64,000 bases of DNA from Nemertoderma westbladi. Its lineage: Eukaryota > Animalia > Xenacoelomorpha. Positions within the stretch are counted from its first letter, which is position 1. Every line of letters starts with the position of its first letter. The position numbers were made by a program, and so were the translations under genes. The notes beneath the pieces are model-generated. The model was not told the origin of the DNA, made no database searches, and saw only the letters and a program-made list of their open reading frames with translations. The stretch lies in NCBI GenBank assembly GCA_032718475.1, contig JAUCBJ010007765.1, positions 1-64,000 of the forward strand. Reading direction: 5' to 3'. This document shows, one piece after another, positions 50,945 to 61,489 of the stretch.

Positions 50945-51535
50945 GAAAGGATGAGCAGGTTAAGGCCGGATTTTCTAACCAAAACAATAAACAGTCACTT
51001 TACCAAATCAGGGAAAGGATCAGGTTACAGAGGCGGGATTTTCTAACCAAAACAATAAACGATCATTTAACTAATTGAGGGAAAGGAGCAGGTTGCAGAG
51101 ACGGGATTTTCTAACCAAAACAACAAACGATAACATTACCAATTGAGAGAAAGGAGCAGGTTACAGATGCGGGATTTTCTAACCAAAACAATAAACAGTC
51201 ACTTTACCAAATCAGGGAAAGGAGCAGGTTACAGAGACGGGATTTTCCAACCAAAACAATAAACGATAACATTACCAATTGAGAGAAAGGAGCAGGTTAC
51301 AGAGGCGGGATTTCCTAACCAAAACAATAAACGATCACTTAATTAATTGAGGGAAAGGGGCAGTTTACAGAGGCGGGATTTTCTAACCAAAACAATAAAC
51401 AGTCACTTTACAAAATGAAGGAAAGGAGCAGGTTACAGAGACGGGCCTTTCTAACCAAAACCATAAACGGTCACTTTACCAAATCAGGCAATGGAGCAGG
51501 TTACAGATGAGGCGGGATTTTCTAACCAAAACAAC
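50945..51535. repeat. ~69-bp tandem repeat (about 8-9 copies)
   Basis: GGAAAGGAGCAGGTTACAGAGGCGGGATTTTCTAACCAAAACAATAAAC... recurring. Confidence 0.88.
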
Positions 51536-54407
51536 CGGTCAGCCGGTAGGCCTACCAGTACCGTATTTAAATGGTAGGATACACAGTAGGCCTACAGCAG
51601 TACCGGTGCCGGTACCGGTACTAAAATACAGAAATGCCTGCTTTATACTGTACCTACATCTGTACATACAATACAGCAAAATAGTGCTATATATACTAAT
51701 ACCGGTACTGATAGCCTGAGAGAACAGCAGTAGAGAAACCGGTAGCATGGAACCTAACATTAGATTTTTGGAGGACATAAAAAATGAAAAAAAGGACATA
51801 AAAAATGATTTAAACAGACAATAAAAATTATTGCGATTAAATAATAATAGTGTCGGACGTTACAGGTGTCTGACGTTACAAACTTAATTCACTGAAATCA
51901 CAGCCCTTATGGTAGCCTGGATTGCTGTAAATGGCAGAAGAGACGTCATCTTACGTCGGCATTAGGTCATTTTAATTTCCATATGATTTGCCATACAATA
52001 GAGAAGTAATTGAGAAAAAATGTAAAAAAAAGTGTCGGACGTTACAATTGGGTACAGGTAGCGTTTAATGCTTTTTGTATGAGAAGCCTTCTATGTTTAT
52101 GGCGTTGAACTACCTCATTGGAATGTGCATTACGGCTGATTACAATGATACCAAGGATAGATGGATGAACAGTACAAAAAATATTTTTTTAAGAAAATAT
52201 TTTTTTTCGTTTTTACGTGTTATCTTGATGATGGTCGATATAATCGCAAAATTTCCTACTTTATACCCTCAAATCAATGTACATTTTGTCAAATTCGAAA
52301 AATTTATGAAATTTTACCCAATAAATGCTTATTTTTTAAAGTTTTATTTTTTCATATCGTGTCCCATTTTCTGTGGAAATGCCCATATGGCATTGAATAG
52401 TGATCGAAAATCGTATCTGCAAAAAATGTCGTTTTTTTTGTTTGACACCATGAAAACTGATATTTCACAGAAACCACACCAGTTTATTTAAAGTTTTAGT
52501 CACTTTTAAAAAATCGAAATAGGCCTACAGTATAAAATATACCATCTAAAAGAGCGAAAAATTCTCTATCAAATAGGGCAATAAACTCAATTTCGATTTT
52601 TTGACGAATAACGCCATTCTATATGCACCGCACCATGTCCTCGGATATTGTGTCGAAATTAAGTGTTCAGTGACGCCCCCCCCCCCCCCCCCCCCCCCTC
52701 CTCGCTCAGAATAACTGCCGTGTACCTGGTTAAATTTGACCGGAGTCTCTCTTTTTTAAACGCTAGTACCCCTACAGTAGCTAAATATTGAATGCTAAAA
52801 TTAAAATTCTGAACCACCCAGTAATTAAGGAGAACGGAGGTGAAGTTTTCTTTAGGAGAGCCGTGAAACTGAATCTGATTTAGGGGTGATGTCAGTGAAC
52901 TACGACACTATATTTCAGAACATTGTGTATTACTGCAAACAACGTGAAACCTAACATGTCCTCTAGACCAAACATGTAGGCCTACTGCTAGAACATTGTA
53001 AACAATAAAATTAACAAAACTATCCAAGCTATTTTCATCGACAAATGAAATAATATTGATCATTTAAAGCGATATTTTAATAAATATAAAATAATACGGT
53101 AAATGGAGTAGCCGGTGCAATGTGGTAAAATATGAAACATAGTAACATACTGTACAGTACAGTAAATACATACATACTGTAGGCCTACTGTACATAGTCC
53201 AGTATAATAGTACAGTACGGTAGGCCTAATTAATTAGGCGATAGTCAGAGGGTTATTTATAAATCTCACAACTTACCCGAAATTAAGGGATACTTCTCTT
53301 TCCCTTTTATTTGACTTGCTGGTGTGCCTGGAGATTTCGATTTCGTTTTTGAAAACATAATTGTTATCGATAATCGATTACAGTAGGCCTACCACTGTAT
53401 TTATCTATTTTATTATTATCTCCCTAAAAAGGAAACTAATTTTTCCTTAAAATAATTTGGACAAATTATTAGTGCAATCATAATAAATCGTAATTAACTA
53501 CGGGAATATCAAATTATTTATTGTTAACCTGATGTAAACAAATTAGGGGGCTAATTTCGATATGTTTAATGTCCATGGAAACGCCAAAGTATTGATTTCA
53601 TTTATCGCTGGTAGGCATGATTTTTGTACTGTACCACCTTGATAATAGTGAGTTTAAGATGGCCTTGCTTATACTATTGACTCAAGACATAAAAAGACTC
53701 CAATTAATTTCCGAATGCTGTATATTATGCATACAGTATGCACTACTGAGTCTCCGGTATGTTGTGAGGCTTCAAACAGCGTTTCTAAACTATAGTTTAT
53801 GTCGCCATGACTTCACACGGGGTGTCCGACTGTACACGGTAAATATGGTCGCCATGGATGGCCTCAAACGAGGTCTAAACTATAGTCCAGGGCGCCTTGA
53901 CCTCAGATGAACAACTTATTTCAGCAACATGTAGGCCTACTTAGGCATTATTAGTTTGACTATAATCCGGATTTACAGCCCCATCTACTGTATCATCCGC
54001 GATCACTTCTTTCTTCGAGCTAATTTAATGATATTCCTAACCAAACTCTTGTACTGCACACAAACATTATAGACCCACCCAAACCTACGGTGTGTGTGGT
54101 CTTTAACCAAGGCGTACTTTGGTACGCAAAAGACGACTTTGTTAACCCGGTACGTAATTCTACATCTCAAAAACAATACCGCGTGGGCAGTACTACAGTA
54201 ATTACAGTGTAACATTATGTGAAAATTTAAATGAAATTTATTATTATAAATTTATTATCTAAATATATTAATTATAAATAATTATTGAACTGGTTTAAAC
54301 AAACAATCAAGAAAATACGTATATATTATTTGTGTTACTGTATTAAATAATCAAATTTTGGCTACAGTAGGCTTATTCGTTTGTGTTACTGTACAAGTAT
54401 TGCTCAA

Positions 54408-56084
54408 CTACGTTGATGTAGGCCCACTACTGTTTTCAAACGATTCTCTTTTAGTTTTAGTTATAATCTCGGTCACATGTCGGTTCGTAATATTAACGGT
54501 TGGAATTGGTTTGTTTCGTAGCGACACGCTATTGCAAGATATGCTCTTCCGTCTGGTTGGATCACTGGTTTTAAAGTTCCGATGACGTCGCCTTCCAATC
54601 ATGTCGTCTATAGTGTGACTGTGATTGTGACATTGGAGATCGCAAAGCACAGTTTGGGAGACACGAGGGGAAAGGTATGGCGATTGTGTAAAGTCTGCTG
54701 GACTACGACTACACGCTCTGTTGTAATTCGGCATGTTTGCCCTAATGTTAGAGTGACGTTTACCAATGGGATGTGAGTATTGAGGTTTCGGTAGTTCCGA
54801 ACTGTGAGTCTGTGACCAATAGGAGCTCACAGTGGAATTGTAAAGGTTCTTCATTGGATTCTCATTTTTACTTGTATTATCCCAACTGATTTTCGGAATT
54901 TGAGCCTTTATGACGTTATTTAGATTCGCCCATCTTCCAACGGAGATGCTACCTGGGACCACCCAATGAGCAGCCGTTGCTATATCTAAGGAACTACATA
55001 CCACTTCCTTCCTCCCTTCCTCTGATCCCAGACTTTGCTTCGCTGAATCATAATTGTTGTGCTTCACAATTTCTGCTTCTAATTCACCCAAATGCCGGCC
55101 AACGTTGTTGAGTTCTTCTATTAACATCTGTTTATTTGTTTTGTTTAGTTTAGGAATGCTGGACTCATCGGATAGACTCCTGATAGACCCACACCCCTTG
55201 TTTCCGCCATCGCTGTCAACGACTTGTGTAATGTACTGCTTGTTTAACGCTACGACATTCTTCTCTAAATTATATTCTGAGCTAATTGCAACTTGTAGGA
55301 GTTTCGACCACTTATCTTCCAGAAGTGAAGTTCTCCCACACAATTGATCATCGGCGTTAAATAAGCCAAGTAAAATAGTGACCAAATCGTCTTTGCTGAG
55401 AATCTCATTCCGAATATTTTGGACAAACTGAACTTTGTCACTTAATGTTTCTTTTGCGTCATTATTTGAATTATTTATAGTTTCCAAAATCCCCAAAAGC
55501 CATGTTTGCAGACTTTTTATCTTCTCAATTATATCGTTATTTTCTGTTTTATTAGTATTCGCAAGATTATTTTCGAGGTCTTTTAGGACTGGCTCTATTT
55601 TATTACCCCAATCTTTGAATGACGTTGTAACGTCTTCTACGGTTTCATTTGTTGATTTATGAACTCCACTTTTGATTTTCTGTTGCGCTGATTGTTCAGT
55701 AATGACGTTTAAATCTTCTAAACATCCCTCCGGGGATATTTTGATGGTCATAGCGGTTGCACCTAAAGTTTCATCATTAGCAATGTTACTTCTAGTCTCA
55801 TCTCCGTCAAGTACTGCCTCTTCAGCGTCAGGTACTGTGTCTACATCTATGGCGGATGAAGGTTTGGTATCTGAAGCATTATTTTCTTCATTTAAGTTAT
55901 TATTTGTAAGTTCTGTATCTGCGGGCCATATTTTTTCATCTTTGTTTTTTCTGTCTTCCGGTAAAAGTTTTTCAGATGAATCATTTATATTGCCAATCGA
56001 ACCACCAATTGGGTTGACTGATCCACTTTTCCTTGAAATCAAATTTTCCCGAGCGCATTTATCTAACATAACTTCCATATCCAT
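54408..56084 (-). CDS. 558-aa uncharacterised protein; acidic disordered N-terminus, one spectrin-repeat-like helical segment, Ser-rich basic tail
   Basis: 1.7-kb non-repetitive ORF with ATG in AT-rich flanks; IKSLQTWL..IRNEI..V..L..LEDKWSKL..EYNLE resembles a spectrin repeat. Confidence 0.65.
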   Translation of the reverse strand: MDMEVMLDKCARENLISRKSGSVNPIGGSIGNINDSSEKLLPEDRKNKDEKIWPADTELTNNNLNEENNASDTKPSSAIDVDTVPDAEEAVLDGDETRSNIANDETLGATAMTIKISPEGCLEDLNVITEQSAQQKIKSGVHKSTNETVEDVTTSFKDWGNKIEPVLKDLENNLANTNKTENNDIIEKIKSLQTWLLGILETINNSNNDAKETLSDKVQFVQNIRNEILSKDDLVTILLGLFNADDQLCGRTSLLEDKWSKLLQVAISSEYNLEKNVVALNKQYITQVVDSDGGNKGCGSIRSLSDESSIPKLNKTNKQMLIEELNNVGRHLGELEAEIVKHNNYDSAKQSLGSEEGRKEVVCSSLDIATAAHWVVPGSISVGRWANLNNVIKAQIPKISWDNTSKNENPMKNLYNSTVSSYWSQTHSSELPKPQYSHPIGKRHSNIRANMPNYNRACSRSPADFTQSPYLSPRVSQTVLCDLQCHNHSHTIDDMIGRRRHRNFKTSDPTRRKSISCNSVSLRNKPIPTVNITNRHVTEIITKTKRESFENSSGPTST

Positions 56085-59000
56085 GGTATGAATTACGGGT
56101 TTATAAACTCATTTAAATATTATTATAAATATGAATATGATTTTTTTTATATTTTAAGGCCTAATTTTTTTGTAATTATGTAATATTCTTTATGTAATAT
56201 TAATTGCCTACTCTCTAATATAATTTGAGTAATATGATTTCTATGCTGACAAACACACTAACTAAAAAGTATTATGTTGTAATTCAATCATTAACGCTGA
56301 AATAAGCAGACATTAATCCAAAATTAATTATGTCAATTATTATACTGAAATCAATCAAACGCGCAATGCAATGAAATATCATAATAATGCCAACGCAATG
56401 GTAAATGGATGTTAATTTAAATGTTACACTTGGCATTCAATGATTTATTACAACATTTCGCGATTGATAACAGTAGACATTTCCTTCGTTATGTATTCGC
56501 GTATCGTTCATCGTTATAGACCACCCAGTAGGCCTACTATAGTTAAACCTTCTACGGACTTCCTATCCTAGGAGTTTGGCAATTCGCACGTCCATTAAAG
56601 CGTAGCGCTACGTATTACTGAAAATCCTATCCAATTTGCCTCCAACTAATAAACCTTGTCAAGAAAGTTGAATTAAAATAATACTGTAAATGCAGTATCA
56701 TATGTATTGTGTTTGCGAATTTCTGAACCGAAAATAACAACTCCTTTAGTTCCTACATCAGGTCCACCACCGGATTGCTTTAATTTAATTTGGCAACCAA
56801 ATCAAAATCCATTCGATATCTCGAGCAGAAATATTTATAGTGTTTTCCATAACAATACAGTAATGTAATGGTAACCGCAACAATACTGTACAGTAGGCCT
56901 AGAGTCTACGTAATTTCTTTATCGTGATTTACTCACAGCGGCTTTGATTCATGTTAAGAGATAGTATGAAAGCCTACTGTATTTGATATTGATATGATAA
57001 AATCACCATATCGGGAAATGTAAAGTAAATTACTACAAATACTACACTGTACTGTATAAGATAAATATAACTCATGATTTGCGTGTACTTTAATATCGGA
57101 CCATAAGAATCGCGTAAGGTTCTCCTCTTGCAATTTAAATTCCAGTTTATAAAACTTATTCTGCAGTTACAGTTTAGTCAATGGACTTCTTCCGGTAGAA
57201 TATTATTTATACCTATAAAATAAAAGGTAATAACTATATACTGTATAGGCCTATACGTCATTGTTCAGAAAGTAGCACATTATAGTGTTACGGCACGAGT
57301 GATCATAGAACGAGGGCCGGTGCAGATTGTTGTTATCCTACTGTACACTATATCAAGTGTTTACAGGGTGCAACAAGCGCATGGCTTTCTTACCCTTTAC
57401 TTACACATCATACAATACTTTTCAGTATCAGTACCAGTATTGAAATCGTGGCTGAGACTTGCAGTTACGGCAGTACGGTTACTTACTGATAGTCGCCTAT
57501 TCCTATTTATTGCAAGATTGCAAGATAAGTTCAAGTTGTCTGGTTGTTGCCTATTTAGACAACAATGATTCTATGTCAGTATGTGTTGCCAGTATAGGCA
57601 TCACTGGCATCAGACAGTCAGAGCCGAAAAGTGTGCCCCCTAGCGCGGGTTTCCTGCTTATGTAAGTTGTAAGTTTTAATATTACAGTATTACAGGATGT
57701 ACTGTACAGAAAAATAAAGTAGAAAAACAAGCATAACCGGTACAGTTAACAGTTCTACGTACAGTACTTTCTCAATTCATTCGCCATTTTTGCTGATTGG
57801 CAGATTGGGAAAATTATTTCTTTTTCCTACAGTTCATACTACTAAACACAATTTAGATTTTCTAAATTTTTTTCCAACCGTTTAGAAACTTTTCACAATG
57901 AACATTTTGAGAAAAATCCAAAAAGTGTCCTGAAAAGAAGGGATGTGTAACACTTCCCAAGCATGAACACTTCATAAATCATAAATATTCAACCTTTTGT
58001 TTCTCCCTTACTGCCTTAGGGCCCTATACAGTTATAAGCTACCGGTACTGAGCTAGGCAAAGGTCAGTACAGCAGTAGGTTCATACTGTCATACAGTCAT
58101 ACTGATACCAGGATACTGTTGGATTTGCGATTTGCGTAAGAACTAGGGACTAAAGTGTCCGTTTATTGTTCTTCTGTTCTTTCTATGCCCTACTGCAATA
58201 CTGCCTTCCAGCCTTATCCAGTTATCTGGCAGCCTTGCTTTAACAATTTTTGCTAATGACAGAATGAAGCTTTTGTTTTCGTCTTGGCACTTTAAAATTG
58301 TATAATCATGTAGGCGCTGAAACTGAAATCGTTTACTAGCATAGGCCTAGTTTAAGTTATCGGTATACTGTCAGACTGTCTGACTGTCAGTTTGCGATTT
58401 TACCTGTTGCGCTGTTGGTTTGTGTCTTTTGTTGTCGGTGGTACCCAGGCTGCCAGGTCAGCAGGTACCGTATGTAAATTGGAGAGATACGCCTATTCCT
58501 ACTATCGGAAGAGACGGTAACAATACCTGCAATATCCTACTGTAAAGTTTGTAAATCAAATCATAAATCCGACCTTCTCACCAAAACAGTAAACCCCAAG
58601 TAAGCGAATATATTGCAGTATCGATCTCTTTTAACCGGTGAGGCAGAAAACAGTCTACGAGCAGACAAACTTCGATAAAACAAAATCCCGCGCAGCGAAT
58701 CCTAAAATCAGGCTGACTCACTGACGGACTAAGAGGCTCGTATACTTTGCCGCGGTGTGATTTATATGGTTGGGCAAAGGGACGCTAGCTAGGTATAGAG
58801 CAGATTTGGAGATGTCTAACTAGCGAGCAAAGTGCAGTAAGGACGAAAGTTAATTTTATATATTTCGAGGTGTAAATAATTTCTAACGCGCGTGTGTTAA
58901 TTCTGAACGGTCAAAGCAGTTTTGCTCCTTCACATATATAATTACTGGGTACGGTGTGTATTTTACGAATATTCTAATTTTATAACTTGTAGGTCCAATA

Positions 59001-59841
59001 CTCACGAATGGTAAGGTTCCTTCCCCTCTTGCGTATTTCCAGGACTCAAATTCAGGCATAAGGTTAATACTACGCCCAGAATTCGGCAATTTTAGGTACC
59101 AGGTCCCTGATACTAAGAAGAGATGTGTTAGTTTACTACGGTAGGCGTACGGGTACTAATAGCTATCCTGGCTCCTATCTAGAATTTTAGTCACCCAGGT
59201 AGTCCGGGTAACTTCCTATTAGGGCGTTGGCGGGGACACGGTAGATGTTAGTATATCCCTGATAGCCTCAATTTATTTGCGCCTAGTGTAAACTGCCCTA
59301 CCGCCTGAACGGTACAATCCCAATTCAGGTGAAAACACAGCAACCCCCTAGCCTACAAGTTCTGATGTAACGGACACCGTTGTACGGCAAATAGTCGCAC
59401 ACACACCTGTACTTAGCAAGAGTTAAGCGTACAGTTTGCTGCACCCTAACCAATGTGTATGCCTTGTACCGGTGTGCCTACGTCCTATCTGCGTACTAGT
59501 ATCTGCTCTCTCTCCCTCTCCCCCCGTAGGAATATGAAGGTCTACTGCGGTTTTTCCTGAATCAAGACAGTACAGTCCCTATGATGTAATTTTGGGCTTA
59601 CAGCGTGTCACTACGTCTACCTTTTGATCTTTGGTCTTACACTTAGGTAGCAAGGATCGAACGCTGTCTAACCTTTCAGGCGATGGGCGAATAACTTTAA
59701 ATGGTATTGCGGGTTGTCTCTCGTCTACATTCCCGTGATGTTCCCGTTCATTGCTGCGGCCCGATCTCTAGCTGGCCATCCTGTCCCTGAGTTTGTTCAC
59801 CGTAGTGAAACCATATTAAAACAGATAGAAAAGGGCTGAGA

Positions 59842-60478
59842 TGTGACTAGTATTTCTGACTTTATTACAAAACATATAATAACTATTATACAATAAACAA
59901 TGTAATCTGAAATAAGACAGAAAGCGAATGATGGAAATTGCAGTGAATAACTAATGAACAAATCGCACCTTTATATACTAAATTTGTGCTGCAATCAATC
60001 GAGAAAATTCTCGATTGTTCTATGGGTTCTAACAAGGTTTTAAAGATAGCTTATTGGTCCAGCTAATATATAACTTGCACGACATTGGTTACAATCAAAT
60101 AACTACAGCCTTATTGGTACAGATAAATGCAATTAATTTGTAGCGGTTAATTTAAATGAGTTGAAATTCTGCACAAAAAATGATTCGCACTTACTAGGAT
60201 TCGAACTCGATACCTACTACACATATAATTTCCAACGCTCTACCAACTGAGCTACTGAACCACTTGACCGATAGATGCATAATAGATAGAACCAATACTA
60301 ATGAGAACTCAAAGCAATCTTTACAAAGTTAATTCGAATAAAATAAAATTTTGAAAATCCACGGCATTTAGGGAATATAATTCTATACCGCTCCATGAAA
60401 ACAGGATATTATCGTGCATAAATATACGGTTTTCACCAATAATCAATCAAACTATAGAATACTTAGGGCGTACTTACA
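59842..60478 (-). promoter_or_regulatory. LTR-like U3-R module downstream of the exonuclease ORF
   Basis: Minus strand: three CCAAT boxes ~30 bp apart (60117, 60088, 60057), GTATATAAAG (59978-59969), TCATT Inr (~59957), AATAAA (59866-59861); TGTAAG and GTCACA at the proposed ends. No adjacent PPT, so boundaries are tentative. Confidence 0.4.
60190..60261 (-). pseudogene. tRNA-like Pol III cassette (A and B boxes)
   Basis: GGTTCAGTAGCTCAGTTGGTAGAGCGTTGGAAA..GAGTTCGAATCC; D arm intact, acceptor and T stems do not close. Confidence 0.55.
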
Positions 60479-60496
60479 TATTTACAATTAAGTTTC

Positions 60497-60875
60497 AAAC
60501 AATACTTCCTTTCTACGTAATGATTCGATACAAAATAATTACAAATTCAAACTTTACGTATTTAAGGCTTTACTAAGTAAGTACAATATAAATCTAAATT
60601 AAATTCACCAATATAAATCTATTGCATCTCAAATATTGCATAAATTCAAACAATTACAAATACAAATAAATGAAAACAATGAAAACAAACAAACAATACT
60701 TCCTTTCTACGTAATGATTCGATACAAAATAATTACAAATTCAAACTTTACGTATTTAAGGCTTTACTAAGTAAGTACAATATAAATCTAAATTAAATTC
60801 ACCAATATAAATCTATTGCATCTCAAATATTGCATAAATTCAAACAATTACAAATACAAATAAATGAAAACAATA
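60497..60875. repeat. Near-perfect 194-bp tandem duplication in an AT-rich 3' region
   Basis: CAATACTTCCTTTCTACG... begins at 60500 and again at 60694. Confidence 0.9.
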
Positions 60876-61489
60876 AGAAAGGCTCGCAAGTCTTCCATCT
60901 ACTATTGCATCTCAAATATTGCATAAATTCAAGTAATTACAAATACTTTCGTACCTAAATGTAGATTGCATAGGTTTGGAATAATTACAAATATGAGTCT
61001 TTCTGAGCACAAAATTTTCTGTCTATAAAACTTTCTCTTTAGGTACAAATACTGCTTATAAAATGTAAATTGCATAATATTCGGAACAATATAAATTGCA
61101 TAAGTTGGACTCTTTAGGTAAGTTCGGAATAATTACAAATATAAAATATAAATTCTTACTAAATATAGATCTTACTAAATATAAGTCTTTACTTAAATAT
61201 AAATATAGACTGCATAAGTTTAGAATAATATAAACCTTTGCATCTCAAATATGAAACATAAATCTTTCAAATATAAGTTCCTTCTAAATATAAACTTTCT
61301 AAATTTCATAAATTCGGAACAATACAAATTACATAAGTTTTGAATAAGCACAAATATAAAATATAAGTTTTTACTAAATATGAGTCCCTTTCAGAATACA
61401 AAACTTTCTAAATATAAAACATATAATTCAAATAAATCACAAATCATAAGAAAGGCCCACGAGTCTTCCGTCCACCCTTGCCCTCCCTT

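Larger units (their letters stand above)
48210..52631. mobile_element. 4.4-kb non-coding composite TIR element
   Basis: 27-bp TIR GCGGTGCATATAGAAAGGCGTTATTCG (48210-48236) vs CGAATAACGCCATTCTATATGCACCGC (52605-52631), 1 mismatch; dispersed TGTCGGACGTTA motifs; no clean TSD seen. Confidence 0.7.

Noticed and set aside
55054-56091. Plus-strand ORFs overlapping the 558-aa ORF
   Set aside because: Antisense shadows without independent coding signal.
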